A DNA stretch of 62,167 bases, filler included, from Stramenopiles sp. TOSAG23-3 (lineage: Eukaryota): NCBI GenBank assembly GCA_900128585.1. It is 14 parts of 14 records of this genome, joined end to end, with 100 filler letters (N's around TTAATTAATTAA, not from the genome) between each part and the next. Parts side by side here need not be neighbours in the genome. Positions count along the whole stretch, not along the records: positions 31,210 to 35,550 come from LT643862.1; positions 35,651 to 39,991 come from LT643863.1; positions 40,092 to 44,431 come from LT643864.1; 11 more parts are not named here. One strand, written 5' to 3'. Position 1 is the stretch's first letter; each line of letters opens with the position of its first letter. Positions 31,889-42,123 of the stretch are shown piece by piece. Under the pieces are notes generated by a model. It did no database searches. It worked only from the letters and a program-made list of their open reading frames with translations, and was not told the DNA's origin. The translations under genes were made by a program, and so were the position numbers.

Positions 31889-34800
31889 TTACGATGAGGC
31901 GCCATTTCCACCAGTTTGCAATAGCCTTCTTCGTCTCACAGTGGACGCGCCGATCGAGGCTGCATCAAACTGATCTTCATCTTTGGCGCAGAAACGATGA
32001 CCTAACGATGATTCTGTTTTGTTAAATTTGTCTGGGCAAGCTTCGTCATTTAATAAAATTAGTATCGGGTGTGCACGGTCTGCTTTTTCTGATATGGACG
32101 GGAAAATGTTACCGAGCATATGTCTTGCACATTGACGAGTGGATTGTGTCGTGTGTTTTTTATCTGCTTCCCATGTCATGTTTTGCAGTTCGATATTAAC
32201 CAAAAAGCATTGGCTATCCCCTTTCGGGTCTACAACCGGGACAACGAAGTGACCCTGATGACATCCATTCAGAATTCCACCTTCTTGAAGTACAAGCTCA
32301 CACACCATTGTTAAATCGCCTTCTGGGTATCTGTCCTTCTTGTTGCATTCTATATTAAACTTTCCCTTTTTCTGATCGTATTGTTTATAGTAAGATGATT
32401 CGCATTCGCAGCGGGGTACATATGCGCCCTTATCTTTGTTCCAGGAATCCTTTCTTATCCATGGAAGCTCCTGTCCGTACACGATTGTATTTGGAACTTC
32501 TTTAATTTCATAATCTTTTCCAATCCCAAATACACCGTCAAAGACAAATTCACCGTCTCCATAGCAATTCTGACATGCCGTAGCGCAAAGCAGACCTTCA
32601 TCCTGAACCCCTTCTGTTACTGGAGCCAGGGCAGAGATTCGAGTATAATTCTGTAAAACTGATAGAACATTCCATGTATTGCCGCTACTAATTGCATCAT
32701 CCATTAAATATGTATACTTGATACTTTCTTTTTTCTTCAAGTATTTGAACATGTTTGGTTCAGGCAAAAAGGTGTTGGGCGGGCAAAAATGTATCATGCG
32801 ATCAACAACTTTTGGATCCTCTTTAACTACACAAGCTTCACGACTTCTTGTCACATTTGATGTAATCGAGAAAAAATCTAAGAATTTATCGGACCACATT
32901 TGGTAATTTATGCGTTGTATTGAATTCCAAGGCAGCGACGGTGCTTTTTTGCCTGGATACTTGCTTTCCCAATCCTTTCGTGTGTTGACAGCTGTGCACC
33001 TGTTAATCTCAGGAATTTCCGTGTCACTTTTCGGATCACAGGGATCATAAATATGGTAGCAATGGCGGGCCACACAATCTTTATCCCTGTCATCTGGTTT
33101 AAACTGGGTATGATACTGCGAGTTGGCAAAACTTTGGCAGTCTGAACAGTGTTTTTCTCTTTCCAGGATTTTACGAATTGCTTCGCGCTCCGCAGCTTTT
33201 TTCCACAACTCCCTAATAGACTCCCCGCTTTCGTCAATTTGAAGTCTGGCCAAAACTTTGACAAAAGGTATGTAAAACTGATGGTACGCTGTAAATTTCC
33301 CCTTTAATTGAGCTGCTACAACGTGATATAATTTCTTTTGATATGTATTGACATATAATTCTCGAGGTTCACTATCGTTGAATCCTTTCAGGAACGCCCC
33401 ACAATATTCGAGTGCATCGCCTACGTCTACACGCTGCGTCTGATTTTTTAATTCAGTAAATAACCATTGAATGTCTGCAGTTGCAAATTCATTTATTTCT
33501 TTTTCACGTTCGACTAGAAATCGAAAGTCTCTTGTAAGTTGAAACATTTGATCAATGCGTGGGTGGAGTGTCATATTGTTTTCGATTTCGTACTTCAATT
33601 CCTTGTAATGCTTCAAATCCTTTTCCTCTCCAGAATTTAAAATATCAAGTATATAATCTAATGCAGGCATTACAATTTTCATTGCAAAATAATCCAGCAG
33701 TATATCTATGCTGAGATACTCGAGGCCTTCTACGTGAAACTCACTTTCATATGTGATATTGCGTTCATGCAACATGTGAAATACTCCAGTCGTGTCTTTC
33801 TTGCCGTCTTCAACTACCTGCAGAATCTTATGTATTCTATCGTGTCTTTTAATGCAATCCTGGTTGATCTTAGCAAACTCCTGGTTGATCTTAACTAACT
33901 TGCAATCTTTAAGATAGCGTTGCAAGTTCCAAGCACCCCAAACTATATCGATCGCGGAACTTATTTTTTTTTCCAACTTTGGAACATTAGTATTATCTTT
34001 ACATAATTCTACGGAGAAATCCTCTGCTTGGTGGTCCGCAAAGAATTTAAGCATATTTCTATAACTCTTGGAAAATTGTTTGAAATGGAATTTGTCGACA
34101 TGATTCTTTATTTCTTGGATTTGAATGTTGGCGACGTTTCTGATTTCTTCGATCGTATCATCCATTGCTGCTATGAATGTAAAATTACTGGGAAATTGTT
34201 CTTCTGCTTTCTTAAAAAATTCTCGAATAGCTCGGAACCAGACCAGGAGCTTGTCGAAAGTCTCTTTTAAGCATTTGTCCGTTGATTTAAAAATTTCACG
34301 TGCTATCTTGAATATCTCGTGTTGCTTTTTATAAAAAATAACAGCCAAATTTTTCTTGTTTTTTAAAAATGTAAAAAAATTCTTAATAGCAGGCTTTGCC
34401 TCATCGACAACTTCCGTAAGAACAGACTTTGCTTTTTGCTTTGCTTTTTTGACACCTTTCTTAATAGCAGGCTTTGCCTTATCGACAACTTTCGTAATAA
34501 CAGACTTTGCGTTATCGACAGCTTTCGTAATAACAGACTTTGCTTTTTTGACACGTTCCTTAAGAGGCCCGTATTGGAGAAATGAGACACTATCTTGCCG
34601 GTCTCGATTCTCTTTTTTTTTTTGAAGGGCTGTCTCGAATTCCTTTCCATTCTTTTTACCTTTCAGAGATCCAGAAAGTGTGTCTTGGGCAGTACTTTTC
34701 CCCTTTGCTCGATCACTAAAATTGTAAATATCTTCTTTATCTTCTTTATTGTAGTCAGGAAACTTTCCAGTTTTGCATATTGACCCATCCCTCTTTTTTT

Positions 34801-35107
34801 TTTCCTGGGGTGTTTTTTCTCTGTCGGCAACGGACAATGCGCCTTTCTCAGTGCACCTATCGGTTAATTTATCAGCATCACCCATTTTATGAAAGGAATC
34901 CAATAGAAACTGAAGCCAATCACGGACTGACTTCGTTGTGTCTTTGCCAATTTGGCCTTCCAACAGCTCTCTCCATTTTACTGCGTGAGATGAATTTCCA
35001 GTGACGCACTGCTCTGGTCTCTTACAGCGCGTTTCTGTAGGGCGACCATGAACTAGGGCAAGAAACACTATTAGCCCAACAAAAGTGGGCAGAACAGAAA
35101 ACCGCAT
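31889..35107 (-). CDS. Large secreted protein of unknown function (helical middle, Cys-rich C-terminal half)
   Basis: 1072-aa ORF with signal peptide MRFSVLPTFVGLIVFLALVHG, 11-aa Lys-rich repeats, many Cys in the C-terminal part and terminal RRRRLLQTGGNGASS. Confidence 0.8.
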   Translation of the reverse strand: MRFSVLPTFVGLIVFLALVHGRPTETRCKRPEQCVTGNSSHAVKWRELLEGQIGKDTTKSVRDWLQFLLDSFHKMGDADKLTDRCTEKGALSVADREKTPQEKKKRDGSICKTGKFPDYNKEDKEDIYNFSDRAKGKSTAQDTLSGSLKGKKNGKEFETALQKKKENRDRQDSVSFLQYGPLKERVKKAKSVITKAVDNAKSVITKVVDKAKPAIKKGVKKAKQKAKSVLTEVVDEAKPAIKNFFTFLKNKKNLAVIFYKKQHEIFKIAREIFKSTDKCLKETFDKLLVWFRAIREFFKKAEEQFPSNFTFIAAMDDTIEEIRNVANIQIQEIKNHVDKFHFKQFSKSYRNMLKFFADHQAEDFSVELCKDNTNVPKLEKKISSAIDIVWGAWNLQRYLKDCKLVKINQEFAKINQDCIKRHDRIHKILQVVEDGKKDTTGVFHMLHERNITYESEFHVEGLEYLSIDILLDYFAMKIVMPALDYILDILNSGEEKDLKHYKELKYEIENNMTLHPRIDQMFQLTRDFRFLVEREKEINEFATADIQWLFTELKNQTQRVDVGDALEYCGAFLKGFNDSEPRELYVNTYQKKLYHVVAAQLKGKFTAYHQFYIPFVKVLARLQIDESGESIRELWKKAAEREAIRKILEREKHCSDCQSFANSQYHTQFKPDDRDKDCVARHCYHIYDPCDPKSDTEIPEINRCTAVNTRKDWESKYPGKKAPSLPWNSIQRINYQMWSDKFLDFFSITSNVTRSREACVVKEDPKVVDRMIHFCPPNTFLPEPNMFKYLKKKESIKYTYLMDDAISSGNTWNVLSVLQNYTRISALAPVTEGVQDEGLLCATACQNCYGDGEFVFDGVFGIGKDYEIKEVPNTIVYGQELPWIRKDSWNKDKGAYVPRCECESSYYKQYDQKKGKFNIECNKKDRYPEGDLTMVCELVLQEGGILNGCHQGHFVVPVVDPKGDSQCFLVNIELQNMTWEADKKHTTQSTRQCARHMLGNIFPSISEKADRAHPILILLNDEACPDKFNKTESSLGHRFCAKDEDQFDAASIGASTVRRRRLLQTGGNGASS
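34380..34545 (-). repeat. 33-bp coding repeats encoding amphipathic 11-mers (AKSVITK(A/V)VD(N/K), AKPAIK)
   Basis: Repeated ttcgtaataacagactttgc and tcttaatagcaggctttgcc units. Confidence 0.85.
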
Positions 35108-35279
35108 TTTTTGTGTCGGGATTTCTGATTGCTGGTTTTATGCCGCCTCAAAGAAAGAAGAATTGCACAGTTCCGGGAAGATTTATGCGCAGATGAAAGT
35201 CATAATCGCCAAACACAAAAATACGATATTCAAAATGTCAAAATTATCCCATTTACATAAACATCTTCTCAAACGCAGG

Positions 35280-35510
35280 GCCATCATTGGGATTTTGTCC
35301 CTGTGCTACGTATTTGTTTTTTAATATTATAATAATAATATTAATAGTCTCAATAAAAACGCAACAAGACTATTGGGATTTGTTCACTATTATTATGCTA
35401 CGTATTTGTTTAGCCGTCTAATAATAGCCTCAAAAAAAATCAAGACTAATGGGATTTGTTCCCTACGTATGCTGCTTCACGTATTTGGTTAGTCTAATTA
35501 AAAAAGCCTC
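35280..35510. repeat. Three degenerate ~80-bp tandem units upstream of the secreted-protein gene
   Basis: tgggattt(t)gt(t)c..., acgtatttg.tt, taat and ag(t/c)ctc recur in order, with units starting near 35286, 35372 and 35448. Confidence 0.7.
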
Positions 35511-35665
35511 TAACACTATTTAAGTTGCGCCCCCCCCCCCCCCCCCCCCCNNNNNNNNNNNNNNNNNNNNNNNNNNNNNNNNNNNNNNNNNNNNTTAATT
35601 AATTAANNNNNNNNNNNNNNNNNNNNNNNNNNNNNNNNNNNNNNNNNNNNTCCCGATTACTACAT

Positions 35666-38215
35666 ATGGAAAAAAACTTTGTCGCTGCGAGTAGAAGGAA
35701 CACGGTAATAGGGCGTTATGGCAGCAGCCATGGGGGCGTGCACGGAGGCGTTCAAAACAGGAAATTCCCCGGCCAATCCGGGAAGAAAATTGAACAAAAA
35801 CAGGCCCTCAACCCAGACGGAAGCATGCGCCGACCGTGGGAAACCGCGGAATTTGATCCAGGCGTCACTCGGTCGAGCGAGCTTCGACAAATGGTGACCC
35901 ATTCAAGCAATGCAAAGGATCCCTCAAAGTCGCAAGTGGTCAAAAAGTGGGAAAAGGAGCATGGAGCGAAGAATCGTCGGCATTCTTTGTTGAAACACGA
36001 TGTCGTCTATGGCTATGGTGTAGTTGCGCGCCCGAAACATAGCCCGGCGCCTGCTAACGCACGCCTGGGCTCCAGCGCTGCGCAGAAAAAGACGGAAACC
36101 CCGAGGAGGTTGCAGAAAGACGTGTCCCTATCGGAAACCGAGAAAACGCTGATGGAAAAATTGGCACTGTACGAGGCGAGACTGGATGCGGTGGAAGTAG
36201 AAAAACAAGAAATGAAGATGAAGATGAGCAAAATCGAAGAAGCGCAAACTAAGACGGTAGCGCCAGAGAAAAGCGGGGTTGCGCTGTTGAGTTTGTCGGA
36301 TCTGACCGACGTCGACCCGCATGCTTTGCCAGAAAATGGGTTCGGAAACAAGGACAAGACAGAATTCGAGGTAGCGTTTGACACACCCTTGGGAATTGTA
36401 ATCGGGTCAAAGCGGGTCATAAAGTCAGTAAATACCAATTCTGCCGCATGGGAAAAGGGTGTTCGGCCAAACGATGTAATTATAAAACTTGGGGGCAAAG
36501 ATGTTCCACTAGACACTGGCCCCCAGGACATTAGCAACGCCATATTGCAGCAACGAAACCAAACCGGCTGGGCAAAGCTTGTGCTGCAGAGGACAGTGGC
36601 GGAATCGCAACCCGCCGCTCCTGCCGAAGCTTCAAGCGATACGCCCCTTGAAACAAAGGCTTTGTTTGAAGCTCGAAAACGGGTGATATGTCTCGAGTCA
36701 GAATTGAAAAAGTACAAGGGGGCGAAAAAGGCGTGGGACATGAACGCCAAACTGAAAGCCAAAGCGAACGAGGCCATAGAACAGTACAATAAAATGAAGG
36801 AAGAAAGGGACGCGGCATTGCAGCAGGCAAACAACCTTCAAGCTATTGTCAGGGGCATGAGTGGCACCAGTCAGATTGTGCCGTCCGACATCAGGGCCGG
36901 ATTCCAGGGTGTACGAGACAGTGTGCGCGAGTGCTCTTCTGCGGTAGAAACTGTTTTTGGCCAAATAGCAAGGGATCTTGAAGTTTTTTCCCAGCATATT
37001 TTGTCTTCCACCACTCCCGCAGCCCGCGTTGCCGCAGCCAGCGACATGAACCTATTCCTTTCATCCAGCCAGCTGAGGAATAGTGAGGCAGCATTCTCTC
37101 CCATGCTTCATGTGCTTTGCCGGCCGGTCTCCCCCGATGACGACGCGCACGGCTCCAGTGTTGTTGAACGGATGGGAGAGGGCAGGCTTCGTCTGCTTTT
37201 GGGGGCGACTCCCAAAGAATTCTCCTTCTCTAAAGTGTGTCAGATTAACGAGTCTGGGCAGTCTATCGCAGAGTTATCCCCGCAATTAAAGGTATCTAAA
37301 CTTCTTCGGGGGCATTCGATGTGTGTCGTTGTGCACGGGGAATGCGGTAATGGCACAAGCGTCTGCCCAGTATTGTACGGCGACGATAGCGTGCGTCAGG
37401 ATGATGGAATAATGAAAAGCAATGTCCATGAATTGTTTGAGGGCTTGGCAACCCAGCCCGGGGGCGACCAGATAACTGTGAGTGTGACGGCAATCGAGTG
37501 CTTGGACAATGTGTTTCGTGATCTTCTTCAGCCCGTAACAAACGCCAAGGAAAATCCCGTCCACGATTTGAACCGAGACAGCGAAGGGAATGTCTGGTTA
37601 TCGAATATTGTTGGTGTTGAAATCCAGAATGCGGATGATTTTAACCGTGTGATGAAAATTTCGAAATCTAGACAATCCCTTGTGGCACCAAACGGCCAAG
37701 ATGTCTTGCCAACACGAAAGATGCAATATTATTTGTCTCGCGGTTGTCGCCCAAACCCTCGCGCTCATGTCGTCGTTACAGTGCAGCTTGAAAAACTGGC
37801 CGAGGACAATGGAAGCCAAGCAAATGGTGCTGGCGCGACCAGCATCTTTTCACGCCTGACATTCGTTCATTTGGCCCCCGGAGGGGAATCGCAAGACCAC
37901 GGAAGTCCGCGGAACACTGCAGTACAGGAAACTTTGACGGGGGTTGGGGATGTGTTGATCAATTTTGCAAACCACAACGATTACATTCCTTTCAGGCACT
38001 CTAAACTGACCCGCATGCTGGAACCAGCATTACCAAAAGGGAATTCGTCTGCTGTTGTTATCATCACTGTTAGTACTTTGGATGCGGATATTATACAAAC
38101 GAACCGATCGCTTTTGTTTGGGCAGAAACTTTCGGAAGTATCCTTGGAGGCCGATCGCTATTTTCAAAAGTCTGGTGCTAGGAAATATGGTGGCCGAACG
38201 TCCCCATGGAAGTAA
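35666..38215 (+). CDS. PDZ + coiled-coil + divergent C-terminal kinesin motor domain (kinesin-14-like layout)
   Basis: PDZ (PLGIVIG...VIKSV...SAAWEKGVRPNDVIIKLGG). Kinesin remnants VLCRP, FSFSKV, IECLDNVFRDLL, HVVVTVQL, SRLTFVHLA, YIPFRHSKLTRMLEPAL, TNRSLLFGQK. Confidence 0.85.
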   Translation: MEKNFVAASRRNTVIGRYGSSHGGVHGGVQNRKFPGQSGKKIEQKQALNPDGSMRRPWETAEFDPGVTRSSELRQMVTHSSNAKDPSKSQVVKKWEKEHGAKNRRHSLLKHDVVYGYGVVARPKHSPAPANARLGSSAAQKKTETPRRLQKDVSLSETEKTLMEKLALYEARLDAVEVEKQEMKMKMSKIEEAQTKTVAPEKSGVALLSLSDLTDVDPHALPENGFGNKDKTEFEVAFDTPLGIVIGSKRVIKSVNTNSAAWEKGVRPNDVIIKLGGKDVPLDTGPQDISNAILQQRNQTGWAKLVLQRTVAESQPAAPAEASSDTPLETKALFEARKRVICLESELKKYKGAKKAWDMNAKLKAKANEAIEQYNKMKEERDAALQQANNLQAIVRGMSGTSQIVPSDIRAGFQGVRDSVRECSSAVETVFGQIARDLEVFSQHILSSTTPAARVAAASDMNLFLSSSQLRNSEAAFSPMLHVLCRPVSPDDDAHGSSVVERMGEGRLRLLLGATPKEFSFSKVCQINESGQSIAELSPQLKVSKLLRGHSMCVVVHGECGNGTSVCPVLYGDDSVRQDDGIMKSNVHELFEGLATQPGGDQITVSVTAIECLDNVFRDLLQPVTNAKENPVHDLNRDSEGNVWLSNIVGVEIQNADDFNRVMKISKSRQSLVAPNGQDVLPTRKMQYYLSRGCRPNPRAHVVVTVQLEKLAEDNGSQANGAGATSIFSRLTFVHLAPGGESQDHGSPRNTAVQETLTGVGDVLINFANHNDYIPFRHSKLTRMLEPALPKGNSSAVVIITVSTLDADIIQTNRSLLFGQKLSEVSLEADRYFQKSGARKYGGRTSPWK

Positions 38216-38632
38216 GCGTGAGCCGAAATGGAAGAGAGAGGTAAAACAAAAACAAGAAAAATTGGCTGTTATTTAGGTAAGAATAGAGGTAAAACATATA
38301 TGCACATTTTTTTCTCTGTAGTTAAATTACTGAATAAGAACTTAGAGGTTTTATGTTTACTGTTATCTTCCTTCTTTTTGAATTACTAATCCTTACTTAG
38401 GTGCTTAACATTTATGACTGACAATTATAATAAAGTTTTAATGGTAGAGTTACTTGGTTAAAGTTACTCGAAGTTATAACGTACCTCTCTCCTTTCGAGC
38501 GTGTATCCCATGAAATGGTAACACGTTTATGGCGAGTCGTCGTTATCTGTCGTAATTGTCTAGCTCTCTGAATTAGACGTACCAAGCCGCTCCATATTTA
38601 CATATTTTATCCTACCATATAGGTGGCGTCCT

Positions 38633-38914
38633 TTACGGAACGGAGAAGAGCGGGTTGTTGAAGTTCATTTTGGAAGGGTTGTTTTGTGATACCCGGAATA
38701 ATGCCTCCGAGTCGACACATTTTACATTCGCGACTACATCCGGAACTTTCTGGGCGCTACTCATAATAAAATCTTCATTCGAACGATCGTTTGGTCCTGT
38801 GTAAAGGTCCATATCAAACTTATGGGCCAAGGACGGGGGGCTTGGTTTTACTACTCTAATAGTTGAAAACATGCAACGGAGGCGGGGCGCGGCTTGGCGG
38901 AGAGGAGCGAACAT
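38633..38914 (-). CDS. Small hypothetical protein with possible mitochondrial presequence
   Basis: MFAPLRQAAPRLRCMFSTIR is Arg-rich and acid-free. It lies in a GC-richer island within the AT-rich spacer. No domain recognised. Confidence 0.4.
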   Translation of the reverse strand: MFAPLRQAAPRLRCMFSTIRVVKPSPPSLAHKFDMDLYTGPNDRSNEDFIMSSAQKVPDVVANVKCVDSEALFRVSQNNPSKMNFNNPLFSVP

Positions 38915-40215
38915 TTCTACTAGGACTAACAAATACAACTGGGTTTACTAAACGTCTGCAATGCACTTAATGTTTCGTATGTTTTGCGAGTGCTGTTTTT
39001 CTTTCGATAAATAGCCTATCCAAATCTGAAAGGAAGAGGGCACCTATATTCTTACGGAAAACAGCCCAGCACCCACTAACTTTGTAATACATAAACTCTA
39101 CTAATTTCTATTCATCACCTCAAATTCCATGGTGGTGGAGGAAGAAGAAGATTCATCATAATACTACCTTGGTATAATAATAATTAATAATATAATATTA
39201 TTATTATTAGAATGCCAGACAACTACGATCGTACTGCGATGTGGATTATGAATGCGATTTCCCACATGTACATTGTATGCTATTTCGATATAAATTGTAC
39301 TCCCTCAACGTCTTCACCGAAAACGAGGGCACGCTGACAAAATTCTAATTTTTCAATGACGTTTTATCGACGTATGACGACGCAATTTATTTTTATTTTT
39401 ATAATAATAAATTATTTTTAAATATTGGCTATTATTATATATATTTTAACAGTACACAGTAGTACACAGTACACAGTATAATACAACGTAGCCAAATAGA
39501 ACTAAACAAAACAAAAGAACAAAAGAGAAGATGATCGGATGAATGAAGAAAGATGGAAATGTATTATTTATATATTTATACCTTATACCCCCCACGCCGA
39601 TTTGGTGTTATATTAAGGTAAAATAAACAATAAGGATTTTGTGAAAAATAACTTATTAGTAATTGTATTTATATATTATTTTCCATGAACATCACACCAC
39701 AGCACCCAGGAAATTCTTGGTGGCTTCGCTTCTTTCTTGCTGCATTCATCTCTTCTTCTCTTATTACGGGTACCAGGTACCGGTACCAGGTTACCTGGTA
39801 CCTGTACCATAGTCTAGCCGCCTCTTCTTCATAATAAAAAAAATTAAAAAAAACCTATAATAAACATTTATATTTTCGTTTTACATTTTTTTCCTTTTTG
39901 CAAAATTACGCGTCGCTTCAGTAAGCGGCAATTTTCTCTTGATACCTTGTGTTTCCCCTAGACATTTTTGTCAAATACTCGAGCCTCATTGNNNNNNNNN
40001 NNNNNNNNNNNNNNNNNNNNNNNNNNNNNNNNNNNTTAATTAATTAANNNNNNNNNNNNNNNNNNNNNNNNNNNNNNNNNNNNNNNNNNNNTTCTTTCTG
40101 CATTCCTGAAAGTTTGAGCAGTTCAAAAGTGACAGGAGAAGGCGAGCGATGACATTTCCGATAAAAAAATATTGAATTCCCGGTTGCTTGCGTGAGAAGT
40201 ATTTATTCTTGTACA

Positions 40216-41256
40216 ATGGCAAAAAACCCTGCGTTTGCTGTGAAGGGGACAATAACGGTGAAAGACTCGGGCACCGTGTTGCTTGTGCGGCGACGCCCAG
40301 GGGGGCCAAAACAATTGACTGCGCACGATTGTGGCAATTCTAAATTTTTGAGATCTCAAAGCGTTGGTGTCTTTGGGTCGAAAGGTCGCATAATTTTTGA
40401 AAGCGGTTGGGAGGTCTTGCTGGGACAATCGGAAGTAGTCAACTGGCTGAGAACGACGCCGAAGAAGCTCGCGACCATGCGGTACGGGGGTGAGTGGAAA
40501 CTAGCAGGTGGGAACGTGGGTGAAGGTGAAACGATCGTGGACGCTGCATTTAGAGAGCTTCAAGAGGAATTCATAGACCCGCTCGGGTTATCGCTTCCTA
40601 AATCGACAGTGCTGAGGCCGTTTGTGACAAAGCAGACTCGACCGATACGATCGCGGTCAAATTTGATGCACTGTTTCGTTGCGCTGGAGTCCGAAAACAA
40701 GTGGTTGCGCAACTTGGATATTGACGCAATAAACGACGGCTTGCGGCATCGAAGGAGAGAGTTTGAACGCCTCAGTCTCAACCCTGACGGAACGCCAACG
40801 AAAAAATTTTACAGTTTGCCAGAATCAGAGCGTGAAGCTGTCACTCCGGAAGTCCGCCAGTGTAAATGGGTCCCTCTACACGATGCCGTCAAATTCGCGC
40901 TAAGTAGCATGGGCGAAGGAGTTTTTGTCAATGATTACCAGAAAGAATGCTTTCGCAAGTATGGAAAGAAGAGAAGAGACCCCATGTTCATTACAGCTGC
41001 TATACTGATGGAGCTGGAAGGTTTTCCCGACTCCAACAGCTTGATTGCCCACTGCAGATCCGTCGACCTGGAGGCCCTTACCCGGGAGGAGCAGTGGTTG
41101 TTTAAAGGGATGGACCAACAGCAAGTCGACGATGCCCTTGCGGAGCGTTTGAAGAATGGAAAATATGGAACTAATCCCAGCTTTAAGAACCCTGACGTAA
41201 TATCCGGGCTTCGGAAGAATAGAAATGAGAGGAAGAAACTGCGGGCATCCCTGTAG
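40216..41256 (+). CDS. Nudix hydrolase
   Basis: Nudix box WKLAGGNVGEGETIVDAAFRELQEEF, and EVRQCKWVPL downstream. Confidence 0.85.
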   Translation: MAKNPAFAVKGTITVKDSGTVLLVRRRPGGPKQLTAHDCGNSKFLRSQSVGVFGSKGRIIFESGWEVLLGQSEVVNWLRTTPKKLATMRYGGEWKLAGGNVGEGETIVDAAFRELQEEFIDPLGLSLPKSTVLRPFVTKQTRPIRSRSNLMHCFVALESENKWLRNLDIDAINDGLRHRRREFERLSLNPDGTPTKKFYSLPESEREAVTPEVRQCKWVPLHDAVKFALSSMGEGVFVNDYQKECFRKYGKKRRDPMFITAAILMELEGFPDSNSLIAHCRSVDLEALTREEQWLFKGMDQQQVDDALAERLKNGKYGTNPSFKNPDVISGLRKNRNERKKLRASL

Positions 41257-42123
41257 ATAATTGTTTAAGAATCGTTTGAACATGTGAAAATTACAAAGAG
41301 AAGTTCAAAAAACGCAAAGAAAAGCTTCTCAAATTCATGACGGTAGTCCTCGTATATGTGAAACAGTACGTTATTATTTCCCTTACCTCAATATAATAGA
41401 GTCTCTTTTGAAGTTCCCTTGGTTCCTACCGTAGTATAATACCATTGGTATAATACCGTAATACGAACAGGAAAAAAAATACTATAATGAAATACCAAGG
41501 TAATAATAATAGGAACAGAGTATTTAAATAAATTCTACATTAACTCGTATTATTAATATAATAATAATAAATACCCAATCAAGTGATTCCAATTGAGCCA
41601 ACAAACAAACAAACAAACAAACAAACAACAATCGAGAAAGAAAACTATATATAATAGACCTGCAACGACAACATCAATATCATAGACACAGGCAGTAAAA
41701 AGAATAATAATTATTTATTATTAATTCGAACAACTAACGAAGAAGTAGGTAGGTAGGTATTAATATTATAGGTCTCTACCACCGTCGAACCGAACCGAAC
41801 CGAACTGCCCCCCGCCGGTATTTTATACTTATAATACTACTTGCACCTAAAAGCTATTCGGTCTACTTATTTATACTGGTATTATAATTACATTGGCAGC
41901 ACTAAAAAATAAATTACTACTACCTACTAATAATAATTTTGATGCAACAGTAAAATTGAAAACGACATTCTTTCTCTTGCCCTTTCAGATGTTGAACCAA
42001 AACTATTTTTCCGCAACAACTTAAGCCTTTCACCTTCCGTTGAAGGCTGCCTTATTTAGAGAGTTTGATCGTTTGAAATTTTATGCTCCGAGGAGTGTTT
42101 GAAATAAAAAAAGTCCCTTTACG

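Noticed and set aside
34335-34355. Another near-copy of the 3'-end motif (AAATAACAGCCAAATTTT)
   Set aside because: It lies inside the 1072-aa coding sequence (KKNLAVIF), so it was not counted. It does show that near-matches can arise by chance in AT-rich sequence.
38940-39991. Long AT-rich spacers (also 24280-25150, 41300-42100) as hosts for tRNA, rRNA or other ncRNA genes
   Set aside because: I could not see a cloverleaf, rRNA-like sequence or convincing stable hairpin by eye. A covariance-model scan would be needed to exclude small RNAs.
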